Assembly (NCBI RefSeq): GCF_009914755.1
Contig: NC_060947.1
From: the human T2T-CHM13v2.0 reference genome, Homo sapiens
DNA length: 64,000 nucleotides
Strand: one strand, 5' to 3'
Below the pieces are notes generated by a model, which saw only the letters and a program-made list of their open reading frames with translations, was not told the DNA's origin and did no database searches. Below, in pieces: positions 1 through 13,861 of the stretch (position 1 is its first letter; the number at the start of each line of letters is the position of its first letter). The position numbers and the translations under genes were made by a program.

Positions 1-133
1 TGTTGTCTCTTTGAGTAATATAGTAATGAAGAGTTTTCCATTCCAGATGTAACATATAACATGAATGTGAAATAATGATTTGATCAATAAAATAAGAATT
101 ATCTACAACGTTATTTAGTTACGTATTGGACAA

Positions 134-421
134 TTTTTTTTGAGACGAAGTCTCGGTTTGTTGCCCAGGCTGGATTTTGCAGTGGCATGATCTCGGCTCA
201 CTGCAACCTCCGCCTCCCGGGTTCAAGTGATTCTCCTGCCTCAGCCTCCACAAGCTGGGATTGCAGGCACACACCACCGCGCCCAGCTAATTTTTGTATT
301 TTTAGTAGAGATGGGGTTTTACCATGTTGGTCAGGCTGGTCTCGAACTCCTGACCTCGTGATCCGCCTGCCTCAGCCTCCCAAAGTGCTTGGATTACAGG
401 CATGAGCCACCACACCTGGCC
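134..421 (-). mobile_element. Alu (AluS-type), antisense
   Basis: PolyT followed by the Alu reverse complement; target-site duplication TTGGACAATTT on both sides. Confidence 0.9.
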
Positions 422-955
422 TTGTTGGACAATTTCTTAAAGCTTATAGGACCTTTTCACTTTGCTGCTTTGCCAACAGCAATTTAAGTCATATGTCATA
501 TGACAGCCAGGTAGAGCATTCTGAAGAGAAGACTCATGTGGTAGCATATACCCAACTCACGACCAGGCAGTCAATTATTGGCTAATTCCAGAGGCACCAA
601 GGCTACCAGCTATGGTGGTCCTATGAACACTATTTGATTATTACACTGTAGGAAATTGGATGTTACTATTCTTTCAATTCGGGGCTTCTAATGGGTATGG
701 ACTAGAGTCTTATCAAGATTTCTTTAAAACGCTAAGGATAGTTCAGGACCTTAGCAAAGTACCAAGAACCTTATAGGAAATATGCTACTTATATAGTATG
801 CAGAGAATGAATAGTCAAGGTCAAGGACAAACACAATCACTGTGCCTATATCATGATTCTTTGGTATAATCAAAGCTAATTTAAAAGTATTACTTTAGGT
901 AGAGGTAAATAAAAGCGAAATCAACCCAGGTTGTTTTACTTGGTTTGGCCTATAC

Positions 956-1359
956 CTTGTTTGGTTCCCCTGGATTATATGAAGAAAACATAGGAATTTT
1001 TCGGATCTCTTCCTCTGACAAACGATTTCTCTGGATTTCATCTTCTGGGACAAATTCTATTGGCTGCGTCAGCTTCTTAGGCCCAGTCCAACACTGCTCA
1101 GGTGAAAAATCAATAACATTTGCCACATGGAGACTGGGGCCTTTACCCTGTGCTGCCTGTTTTCCCTTGTCCTGGAGTAATGATGGGCTCTCAGCTGTGC
1201 CACTATCACCCACTGATGTAGCTGAGACCAGTGAGTGGGAAGCAAAGGGTTCACCTCTCATAAGTTGAAACTCTTCAAGACGTTTTTTCATTATCATCTC
1301 TTGGTAAAAACTTTCCAGGTTGTTCATGGGATCACCTTTGTTCTTCTTTTGGGGTTCAT
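956..1359 (-). CDS. RBM41: RBM41 coding exon (404 nt), DEPQKKNKGDPMNNLESF...YNPGEPNK
   Basis: Acceptor ttgatccag|AT at 1360-1362 and donor AAG|gtatag at 955. Peptide matches recalled RBM41. Phases (1 in, 0 out) fit the upstream exons. The RRM exons lie outside the window. Confidence 0.95.
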
Positions 1360-1965
1360 CTGGATCAAGACAAAGAGATAGGGAAGTTCTACAAAGCCTA
1401 CCAATACAACCTTTGGCAAATTAATAAAAATTAAATCCTGGACCTCAGATAAAGAAACACTGCTGGGGCAGGTCTTTACAACCTGTGACAAATGACAATG
1501 GTAAATAGTTATCTTATTATAGTATATTTCAAGCAGAACTATAGGCCAGAACTATGGTGAGGCAAGTGAGGCACCTAGAGTCATGCAAATATATGCACCT
1601 CTAATTGATAAGGACATTTAAAAACATATAAGCAATATAGCATTATACTTCACAAAATTAATAATTCCTTAGTATCATCTAATACCAATGTTATGTTCAA
1701 ATTGTCCTGATTCCATCTAAGATTTTTTTATACTTGTTTATTCAATTCAAAATCTAAACTAGCCTTTGGCTGTTGTATCTCTTAAGATACTTTTATTCTA
1801 AAACAGTGCCTCGTCTCTCCCATCCCTTTATTTCATTTTCTCACTCATCCATTGATTAAATAAACTACATTTGTTCTATGAACAAATGAATTTGATTAAT
1901 CATTTTCTGATGGTGTTGTTTAACTTGTTCCTTAATCCCTTCTATTTCTTGGCAGATAATCCATA

Positions 1966-2154
1966 ACTATGCTACCTAATATAGTAGCCACTGGTCACAT
2001 GTGTCTATTTAAATAAATTTTTAAATATCAGCTCCTCAGCCGAACTTAACAAATTTAAAGTGTTCGACAGTCACATGTGGCTAGTGGATACCATATTGGA
2101 CAGAACAGATAAAAACTATTACATCATTTTAGAAAGTTGCATTGGACAGTGCTG
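1966..2154. mobile_element. MER3-like hAT-Charlie fossil
   Basis: Typical GTAGCCACT..CACATGTG / CACATGTGGCTAGTGG..ATTGGACAG inverted architecture. Confidence 0.65.
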
Positions 2155-2613
2155 ATCCAGAGGTTTGATTAGGTTCAGGTTCAATATTTTTAGGAAATAA
2201 TCCTTTATAGACAGATATGTACTTCCTATTGTATCATGTCATAAGACACATAACGTTTGGTGGTCCTATTTTTAGTGATACTGAAATTGATCAGTGGATT
2301 GAGGTGGTATATGGTATTAGTCTCATCCCTCCATTATTAAATTTTCCCATTCACCTTCCACCTAATGGGTTTTTTACATCCACTGATGACCACTGCCTAG
2401 TCTATTAATTTATTAAGAGTTGCAAATCATGGCTTTCCTAATTCTTTCTTTTACGCTTATTATCCGTAATTCTAAAATGAACTTACCATCATCAACTATG
2501 TGGTTTCCCTAAAAATGTAGATCATATGGGAATGGCAGGATAAATGCTTGATTCTTTGCCATTATTTACCAATTATGAGAGTAAGAGTTGACATCTTAGA
2601 AATGTCTAATGGA

Positions 2614-2991
<378 letters not shown>

Positions 2992-3294
2992 TCATTATTC
3001 TTTTTAGTGGCCAAATTATCCCACTTAAGACCAGTGGGAGCCCCTTCAAATCGGCTCCTGTATTGCTTCTCGGCTTTCTGGCACAGCCAAATATCCTAAG
3101 CTCATCTTGCATACCTCCTAACTCAAACCTGGAATATTTTTGTAGGGACCCTTGGTTCCTTTTAGTAGGAAGTGGTATTTAGAAACCAAAGTGTGTTGCT
3201 GGTGTGTGCAGAAGCAACTTCCAAGTTGTTGTTTCCAGGCCTTTTCAGTGGACAAAAGCTAGGACATTTTTTTTAAAATGATCCACTAGAATGG

Positions 3295-3612
3295 TTTTAT
3301 TTTATTTTATTTATTTTTTTTTAAATTTTACTTTAAGTTCTGGGATACATGTGCTGAATATGCAGTTTTGTTACATAGGTATACATGTGCCATGGTGGTT
3401 TGCTGCACCTATCAACCCATTATCTAAGTTTTAAGCCCCGCGTGCATTAGGTATTTGTCCTAATGCTCTCCCTCCCCTTTCCCTCCACCCCCCGAAAGGC
3501 CCCAGTGTGTGATGTTCCCCTCCCTGTGTCCATGTGTTCTCATTGTTCAACTCCCACTTATGAGTGAGAACATGCGGTGTTTGGTTTTCTGTTCTTGTGT
3601 TAGTTTGTTGAG
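3295..3612 (-). mobile_element. 5'-truncated L1PA 3' end, inserted in an older antisense L1M
   Basis: Reverse complement of an L1PA 3'UTR with (TTTTA)n tail; TSD GGACATTTTT at 3262-3271 and 3619-3628. Confidence 0.85.
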
Positions 3613-4980
3613 CAAGAGGGACATTTTTAAAGAGAAAAGTAAACCATGAGTTTATATTGGTATTTCCAACTCAAATTTAAGATAACAAGATTTTTACTTA
3701 AACTCCTTTATTTTAGAGTGTATCTCCTCTCATATGCTTAATATTAGCAAAATTATTCATTAGCTTCTTCCTACAATATACTTACAGAATTTTACAATGT
3801 CAATAACAATACTATCACCAATAAAACTGCTGAATATAGTTTTATATTTCTTTTGCAGTTACTTTTGCCCTTAGAATATGGGTCCCATTGGAAATATACA
3901 AATGTTTTAAAGTCACTATAAGTAACTGCTTTGTTTTCCAATTGTGTGTTTATGCTACTAACTTTATTTATCATTAGGCTCATTTGCTTCAGGTTGTTTT
4001 TGAATTTTAGGGATTGAATTTTACCTTTTTGATTAAACTTTTAGATGATGCAAAATATTTACATGGATCTAAAGTGAAACTGTTATACAGTACCTTCACA
4101 GAAGTCTCACTTCCATCTCTGTCCCCTTTATCCCATTCCCTTCATTCCCCATAAATAATAATTTTTATTAGGTTTTGGCTTATGGTTCCATTGTTTCTTT
4201 TTTGAAAATATAAGCAAATAGGCATATATACACATATACATAATTCATTAGTTATACCTCTCTCCTACATAAAAAGTAACTTACTATAAGCACTGTTCTA
4301 CAATTTACTTTTTTGCACTTAACAATATGTCCTGGAGATAGTTCCATGTTAATGTGTAGAGCTCTTCTCATTCCTTCGTAAAGCTGCACAGTACTCCATT
4401 GTGTGGATGTACCATAGTTTATTTAACTATTCCCCTCCTGATACACGTTGGTCTTATATCTAGTCTCATACTGTTATGAATAATGTCCTGATAAACAGCT
4501 TTGTGCATACAGGATTTGGTATTTTTCAAGTATATGTTTAAAATAGATTCCCTGAAGTGAAACTGCTGAGACAAAGGGCAAATGTGTATGTAATTTTTCT
4601 ATGTATTGTTAAATTTCACGCTGTAGGAGTTATACTATTCTATATTTCCACCAGCAAGGCATAGGAGTAGTTATGTAAGTATTTCCTAAGACACAAAAAG
4701 CACTAACCATTAAGGAAAAGATTGATAAATTCAACTACATTAAAATTAAGAACTTCTGTTCATCGAGATGTCATAAAGAGATGGACCAAAAAAAAAAAAC
4801 CCCACAGGATAGGAAAAGATATTTGCTACACAAAGAATTATCAGAGAACTTAAAACTAAAATACATGAATAACTCCTACAAATCAATAAGAAAAAGATGA
4901 ACAACCATTAGGAAAATGGGCAAAATACTGAAGAGATACCTTACAAAAGAGGAAATACACATAGCTAATAAATATATGTG

Positions 4981-5122
4981 GGCCAGGCGTGGTGGCTCAT
5001 GCCTGTAATCCCAGCACTTGGGAGGCTGAGGCAGGAGGAAAGTTCCTTGAGCCCAGGAGTTCAAGACCAGCCTGGGCAACATGGTGATACTCTGTCTCTA
5101 AATTAAAAAAAATAATAAAATA
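4981..5122 (+). mobile_element. Alu monomer (FLAM/AluJ left arm)
   Basis: Single Alu arm followed by an A-rich tail. Confidence 0.8.
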
Positions 5123-7061
5123 AATATATACAAAAGTGCTCAGCCACATTAGAATTCAGGGAAATGCAAATTAGGAAGGGTATAAGATACTAATAGAAAA
5201 CCAACATATTGGCAAAAATTAAAAAGAATGCCAACATTACATGTCAGTGAAGTTGTAGAGCAACTGGTACCCTCACATATTGCTAGTGGGAATGTGTATA
5301 CACAGTGCAAATCAACATGACATCATCTACTAATGTTGAAGATATGCTCAACATACAATCCATCAATTCAACTCCCACATATATACCTTAGAAAAATGTA
5401 GGCATATATGCACCAGGACACAATAATAAGAATTTTCAGATCATTGCTATTTATAATTGCCCAGAGTTAGCAAAAATACAAATGTTCATCTAAGAAGAAT
5501 TAATTATAAAATTCTGGTACGTTTATATGATGAAATACTATCATCCAAAGAAAGTGAACAAATTTCAGCTACATATGTCCAAGTGGATGAATAGATTAAT
5601 AAATACACTAAAAAATAATTAAGGATGCATCAATAAATAAGGATTCCTCCCTTTGTAGAGCTAAGTGAATTACATGGCATGTTAGAAGGTAGGAGTGCTA
5701 TAAAAAAGAAAAAAAATACAAGATAAGATTGGAAGAGCTATGGGGTGGTTGTAATTTTTAATGTTGGTCTGGATAGGTCCCATTGAGAAGGTGCTATTTG
5801 AGTGAAGACCTGAAAAAAGCAAGGGCATCTATCATACTGATATTAGAGTAAGGTCTCAAGGTAGGAGTATGTCTCAAAAAAACTAAAAAAGACTGAAATC
5901 ATATAAAGTATGTTCTGTAACCACAATGGACATACATTAGTGATCCACTACTGTAAGAAACGGGAAAACACAAATATCTGGAAATTGAACAACAAACTTC
6001 TAAATAACCCATGGGTCAAAGAACTCATAAAGGAAATTTAAAAATATTTTGACCTCAATGAAAATGAAAACACAACATATCAAAATTTATGGATGCAGCT
6101 AAAACAATGCTGCATCCATATGATAGACAGTTAAAGCTTTAAATGCCTGTATTGGAAAAGAAGAATGGTTTCAAATTTAAAACCTGAGCTTCCAAGTTAG
6201 GAAACTAGAAAAAGAGTCAACTAAACAGAAAGCAAGTAGAAGGAAGAAAACAATAAAGATTAAGAAATAAATCAACGCAATAGAAAATGGAAAAATAGAG
6301 AAAAATCAACAAAACCAAAAGCTGGTTCTTTGAAAAGTTTAACAAATGACAAACCTTTACCTAGACTGAACAAGAAAGTAAGAGAGAAGACAAAAATGAC
6401 TAAAATCAATAATTAAAGAGGAAGCATCACTACTAACTTTAGGGAATGAAAAACAATTATTTAGGAATATTATAAATAACTTTAGGCCAACAAATTAGGA
6501 AACCTAGATAAATGGACAAATTCATAGAAAGATACAAATTACCAAAGCAGTCTCAAAGAAAAAACGAATAACAAGAGGGTGCATTAGTACTCAATAAACA
6601 ACCCACAAAGAAAAACCCAGGTCCAAATGGCTTCATTGGTAAATTCTATCAAATACTTAAAGAAATAATACTAATCCTGCAGAAACACTTCAGAAAAGGG
6701 AAGAGAAGGAAATACTTTCCAATTCATTCTATGATATCAGTATTACACTGATAACAAAACTAAACAAAGATATTACAAGAAAACCACAGACCAATATTCC
6801 TCATGAATATAGATGCAAAAATACCTAATAAAATATTAGCAAGCCTCATCCAGCAACATACAAAATAATCACACACACATAAGTGGGATTTATCCCAGAA
6901 ATGAAAGATTGGTGTAACATCTAAAAATCAATAGATTAAATCTTAAATCACATGATCATCACAGTAGGTGCAGAAAAAGCATTAAACAAAATCCAATACC
7001 CATTTATAATTTTTTAAAAGCTCAATTAACTGACACTAGAAGGGAGCATCTTCAACCTGCT

Positions 7062-7513
7062 TATGGTAGGCTGAATAATGGCCCCCCAAAGATGTCCACA
7101 TCCTAATCCCTGGAATCTGTGAAAATGTTAAATTATACTGCAGAGGGGAATTTGCAAATGTGATCATGTTAAGGTTGAGATAGGAAGATGATTCTGGATT
7201 ATGCAGGTGGGACCAATGCAATCATAAGGGTCCTTATCAGAAGGAAGCAAGAAGGTCAGAGACAGAATGGGAGATGTGATGATGTATGCAGAGGATAATG
7301 TGAGGAAGGGGTCAAGAGCCAAGGCATGCAGGTAACCTCTAGGATCTGGACAAGGCTCAACCAGAGCCTCTAAAAGAAATGCAGTCCTGTTGACATCTTA
7401 AGATTTCTGACCTCTAGAACTATAAGGGCAGAAATTTATATTGTTTAAGCCACTAAATATACGGTAATTAGTTACATACTAATTACTTTTCTTTTCATAG
7501 GAAAGTAATACAC
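7062..7513 (+). mobile_element. MaLR solo LTR (MLT1D-like)
   Basis: Starts TATGGTAGGCTGAATAATGGCCCCCCAAAGATGTCCAC and ends ...TAATACA. Confidence 0.75.
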
Positions 7514-7834
7514 TGCCAAAGAGCATGTGCAGAAAACCCAGAGCTAAGATCATACTTAATGGTTAAAAACTGAATACTTTTCCCCTAAGACTGGGAACAA
7601 GGTAAGGATGTTAGCTCTCACCACTTCCATTCAACATTGTACTGAAGGTTCCAGACAGTATAAGGAGGCAAAAAAAAAAAAAAAAAAAATCCTCCAAACT
7701 GGAAAGAAAGAAGTGTCTTTATTCACAGGAAATAGGATTGTCTATGTAGAAAACTTTAAGGTATCCATAATAAAACTTTTAGAATAAAAGAGTTTAGTCA
7801 CAGGATACAAATTAATATAGAAAAATCAACTTTA

Positions 7835-8553
<719 letters not shown>

Positions 8554-9853
8554 AATTCAATAAAGAAAGCATAAGATTAAGTTTGATAAAATAAATGTAA
8601 CTTAAAAACTACAAAACAATGCTGAAATAAATTGTAGAAGATCTAAACAAAGGAAGAGACATTCTATTTTCTTGTATTAAAAGATTAATGATTAAAGATC
8701 AGTTTTCTCCAAATTGAATTATAGATTCAACTCAATCCTTATTAAATTCCAGCAGGCTTATTTTTCTTAAAATATTGGCAAGCTGTTTCTAAAATTTACA
8801 TGGAAATACAAAGCACCTAGAATAGAAAAGAGTGATTTTAAAAAAGAGAAACAAAGTTGGAGGAGTCATACTACCCAATTTCAAAACTTACTATAAAGGT
8901 ACAGTAAAAAGATTTAGAGTATAAGGATAGGCATATAGATCAATGGAACCAAGTTGAGTGTCCAGAAATAAAGCCTTACATTTATGGTCAATTGATTTTT
9001 CCACAAAGGTGCCAAGACAATGGGAAAAATAACAGCCTTTAAATAGTGCTGGAACAACTGGACATCCATATACAAAAATATGAACTTGGACCCTTTACTT
9101 CACACATAAAAATCAACTCAAATGTATAATATATCTAGATGTAAAATCTAAGACTATAAGTACTCCAGAAAAAAAAATAGAATATCTTTCTGACCTTGAG
9201 TTCAGCAATGATTTCTTAGATATGACACCAAAAGCACAAGCCATAAAATAATGAATTGAACTTCATTAAAATTAAAAACTTCTGTGCTTCAAAAGACACC
9301 ATTAAGAAAATAAAGACAAGCTACAGACTGGAAGAAAACATTTGCAAATCATATATATACCTTATAAAGGACTTGTATTCAGAATAAAGAATTCTTATAC
9401 TCAGAAACAACCCAATCAAAAAATGGGCAAAAGACTTGAATAGACATTTCACCAAAAAAGACATATTGATGGCTAATGAGCAGATGAAAAAGTATTCAAG
9501 ATCATTTGTTATTACAGAAATTCAAAATAAAACTGCAATGAGCTATCAGTACACACACTGAAATGGCTGTAATAAAAGACAGGTAATAACAAGTATTGGC
9601 AAGGATGCAGAGAAATAAGAACTCATACATTGCTGATGAGACAGTAAAATGATACAACCACATTAGGAAATAGTCAATTCCTCAAATTGGTTATACACGG
9701 AATTACTGTAGGACACAGAAATTCTACTCATTCAAGAGAAATGAAAACATGTTCATACAAATGTTCACGGCAACATTATTGATAATAGCTAAAAGTGGAA
9801 ACAACATAAATGTCATCAAGTGGTGAAAAGATTAAACAATGCGGTATATCTAT

Positions 9854-10228
9854 TGACATGGTTTGGCTCTGTGTCCCCACCCAAATCTCATCTGGAATTG
9901 TAATCCCCATAATCCCCACGTGTCAAGGGAGGGACTTAGTGGGACGTGACTGGATCATGGGGGCGGTTTCCCCTATGCTGTTCTTGTGATAGTGAGTTCA
10001 TTCTCACAAGATCTGATGGTTTTATACATGTTTGACAGTTCCTCCTTCACACACACGCTCTCTCCTGCCACCTTGTGAAGAAGGTGTCTGCTTCCCCTTC
10101 CGCTATGATTTTAAGTTTCCTGAGGCCTCCTCAGCCACGCAGAACTGTGAGTCAATTAAACCTCTTTCCTTTAAAAATTATCCAGTCTCCAGTATTTCTT
10201 TATGGCAGTCTGAGAACAGACTAATAAA
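9854..10228 (+). mobile_element. MaLR solo LTR (THE1D/MSTA class)
   Basis: TGACATGGTTTGGCTCTGTGTCCCCACCCAAATCTCATC start; AATTAAACCTCTTTCCTTTA and GACTAATA end. Confidence 0.85.
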
Positions 10229-11226
10229 GCTGTAAAATAAAAAAACTAGCTATATAAAGGAACAAATTGCTGATACATGCCACAACATGGAGAACCTCCA
10301 AAACATTATGGTTCCTGAAAGAAGCCAGATTCAAAAGACCACGTATTGTAAGATTCCATTCATTATGAAGTATCTAGAAAAGACAAATTTATGGAAACAA
10401 AGGCTTGGGGTGTATGTGGGAGTCATTTACTGCCAATGAGCCCTAGGGAATTTTGCCCCGGGTGATGGAAATGTCCTAAAATTGGACTCTGGATTTGATA
10501 GCACAATTCTATAAATTTACTAAAAATCACTGAATTGAACACTTACAATAGGTGGATTTTATCATGTATAAATTATATACCTCAATAAAGCAGTTTAAAA
10601 ATAAACAAATTATTCAGAATCACAAAAGGTGAGAAGAAATAGAAAACAGAAAATGTACTGAAAGTCATTAAAGGATAATTAAATTAATGGAAAGGTACCA
10701 TGTTCACATTTGAAGATTTGAAGACTCATAGATATGTCAATTGACCTCAATTGACTTAAATGCTCGATGGAATCCCAATCAAAATCATATAAAGGTATGT
10801 GTGCATGTGTAACTTCATAGATTTTCAAATTTACATGGAAAGGCAAAGTGTCAAAAGTAGACAAAACACTTTTGAAGAAAAACAAGTTGGAAAGAATTAT
10901 TCTCCAGATACTAAAACATCATAAAGCTAGACTGTATGATATTGATTCTAAAATAGCCAAAAAGACAAAGGAACAAAAGAGAGAATCAAAAAAAAATTCA
11001 TTCATATATGAACACCTGATATATGACAGAATATCCATCCATATATGAACACCTGATATTGCAACACAATAACAGTCTAGACATTTTCAATATTTGGTGT
11101 TAGAAGGCTATCTACATGAGGGAAAAAAGGAACTGGAACCCTACTTTATACCACATACATAAATCAATTCCAGGTGGATTAAAGACTTAAATGTGAAAGG
11201 CAAAAAACATAAAGCTTTTAGAATAA

Positions 11227-11529
<303 letters not shown>

Positions 11530-12209
11530 GGATTTATTAATCAAAGCACAAAACCACTAAGTATAAAGAAAAAATTAATAAATTTTATTACATAGAGATC
11601 AACAACTGTTGTTTACCAAAAGATACCATAAAGGCAGTGAAATGATAAACTACAGAATTGGAATATACATTTTCAACATATATTACCAACACAGAACAAG
11701 TATCCATAATAATAAAAAGACTGGTACAAATTTATAAGAAAATGCACCTATGATTAGAGAAAAATTGGATACAGAGTATTCAGGATGTATAACCTCAACA
11801 CTTTCCTACCTCCTTCCTTCCTGTAGAGAGGTGGCAATAACTGAGATGTGCTATATCTTAGTGCTTTGGTGTTCACCCATTGGTTATTTTGTCTTTAAAG
11901 TTATTTATCTGCTGACTTCAAGATTCACAAGCTATTGTTTTGATAGATGCCTAAAGTGACCTCTGAACCAAGACTGCATCTGGACAAAGATACAAACAGA
12001 CGGAAAGACATTCAGATAGTAAATAGGCATTTTCACATTTGCTAAATGGGCAAAAGAACTGAATAGCCATTTCACAAAGCAGGCTGTCCAAATGGCCAGT
12101 CAATGTGTAAGAAGGTATCCAACATCACTAGTTATCAAGAATGAAATTAAAACCACAATGAAACAAACAAACAATATAGGCTCAGACTCTTAAAATGACA
12201 TCCTGAAAG

Positions 12210-12211
<2 letters not shown>

Positions 12212-12251
<40 letters not shown>
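12212..12251 (+). repeat. (AC)20 microsatellite
   Basis: Pure AC dinucleotide run. Confidence 0.95.
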
Positions 12252-12253
<2 letters not shown>

Positions 12254-12703
12254 ACACGAAGGCAGGGGAACTGTTCGGGGAACTGTTCTAAAGCAAACTA
12301 AGTGTAATGTGTGATCTCCAATTGTATTCCGGATTTATAATTGAGAAACCTGATTGCAACATTAGAGAAGCAATGTTAAATTTCTTAAGAGTGATCATTA
12401 TACTGTGATTGCACAGGAGAATGTCTTTGTTCTTAGGAGATACACAATTAAGTATTTAGGAGTAAATCCTTCTTATTTCTGAAACTTACTCCAAATAGTT
12501 TATCAGTAAACAAACTACATACACATACACTCATATGGAGGAAGAGAGGTAAAGCAAATGTGGCAAGTTGTCAACAGTTGGTGAACGCAGGTGAAGGGTG
12601 TGGGTGTATTCTTTCAACTTTTCTCCACATTTGATATTTTCCAAAATAAAAGGTTGAGGAAAATAACACTTGACTAAAGGCTTTAAAAAAAGTAACATAA
12701 ATT

Positions 12704-13055
<352 letters not shown>

Positions 13056-13861
13056 CTAATAATAAAGGGAAAAAAGCACAACAAAATACAAGTAAATACT
13101 CATCAGATTAGAGTCTGACGATATCTGTTGTGGACAAGGATGTAGAGCAACCTAAACATTTCCACATGGCTGGTGGAATTTTAACTTGGGGGAATCCCTT
13201 CAGAAATTAGTTAACAGCTATTAAAGTTGAAGACAATGTGAACACTTCACCACCCAATTCCACTCCTAGATATATACCCTGAGAAACTCCTGCACACGTG
13301 TCCCAGAAAACATGTACAAGAAAGATCACAGTGGCAGAAGTGATATATATAGCCCCCCAAATGGAAACAACCCAAATGTGCAACTACAGTAGAATGGATA
13401 AACTATGGTATGTTCATATAAAGGAATACTATACTATACTTCAATGAAAATGAACTATGGCTACACATAGCAATATGTACGAATATCTCAAATATAATTG
13501 CCAGAAAACACCACAATATTGAGTAGAAAAGGAAGACCCAATAGAATACATACAGTATAATTCACTGACACAATGCTTAAGCACAGGCAAAACCAAACCA
13601 GACTGTCTAGTGCTGCATGTATGGGTGGTAAAGATATAAAGAAAAATAAGGAAATTATCACAAGTTAGGGCAGTAGTTATATCTAGTGGGAAGAGGGTTG
13701 TGATTTGTGAGGGACATATGGGGATTTTTGAAGTATCGGCATGTTCTGTTTCTTGATCTGATTAAAAATGTTTTAAGTGCTGTTTGTCATGATCTATCTC
13801 ACTATAAAGAGATCGTTTGCAAAAAAAGTGAATGAGAGGTGAACAAGCGGCAACAAGTAAA

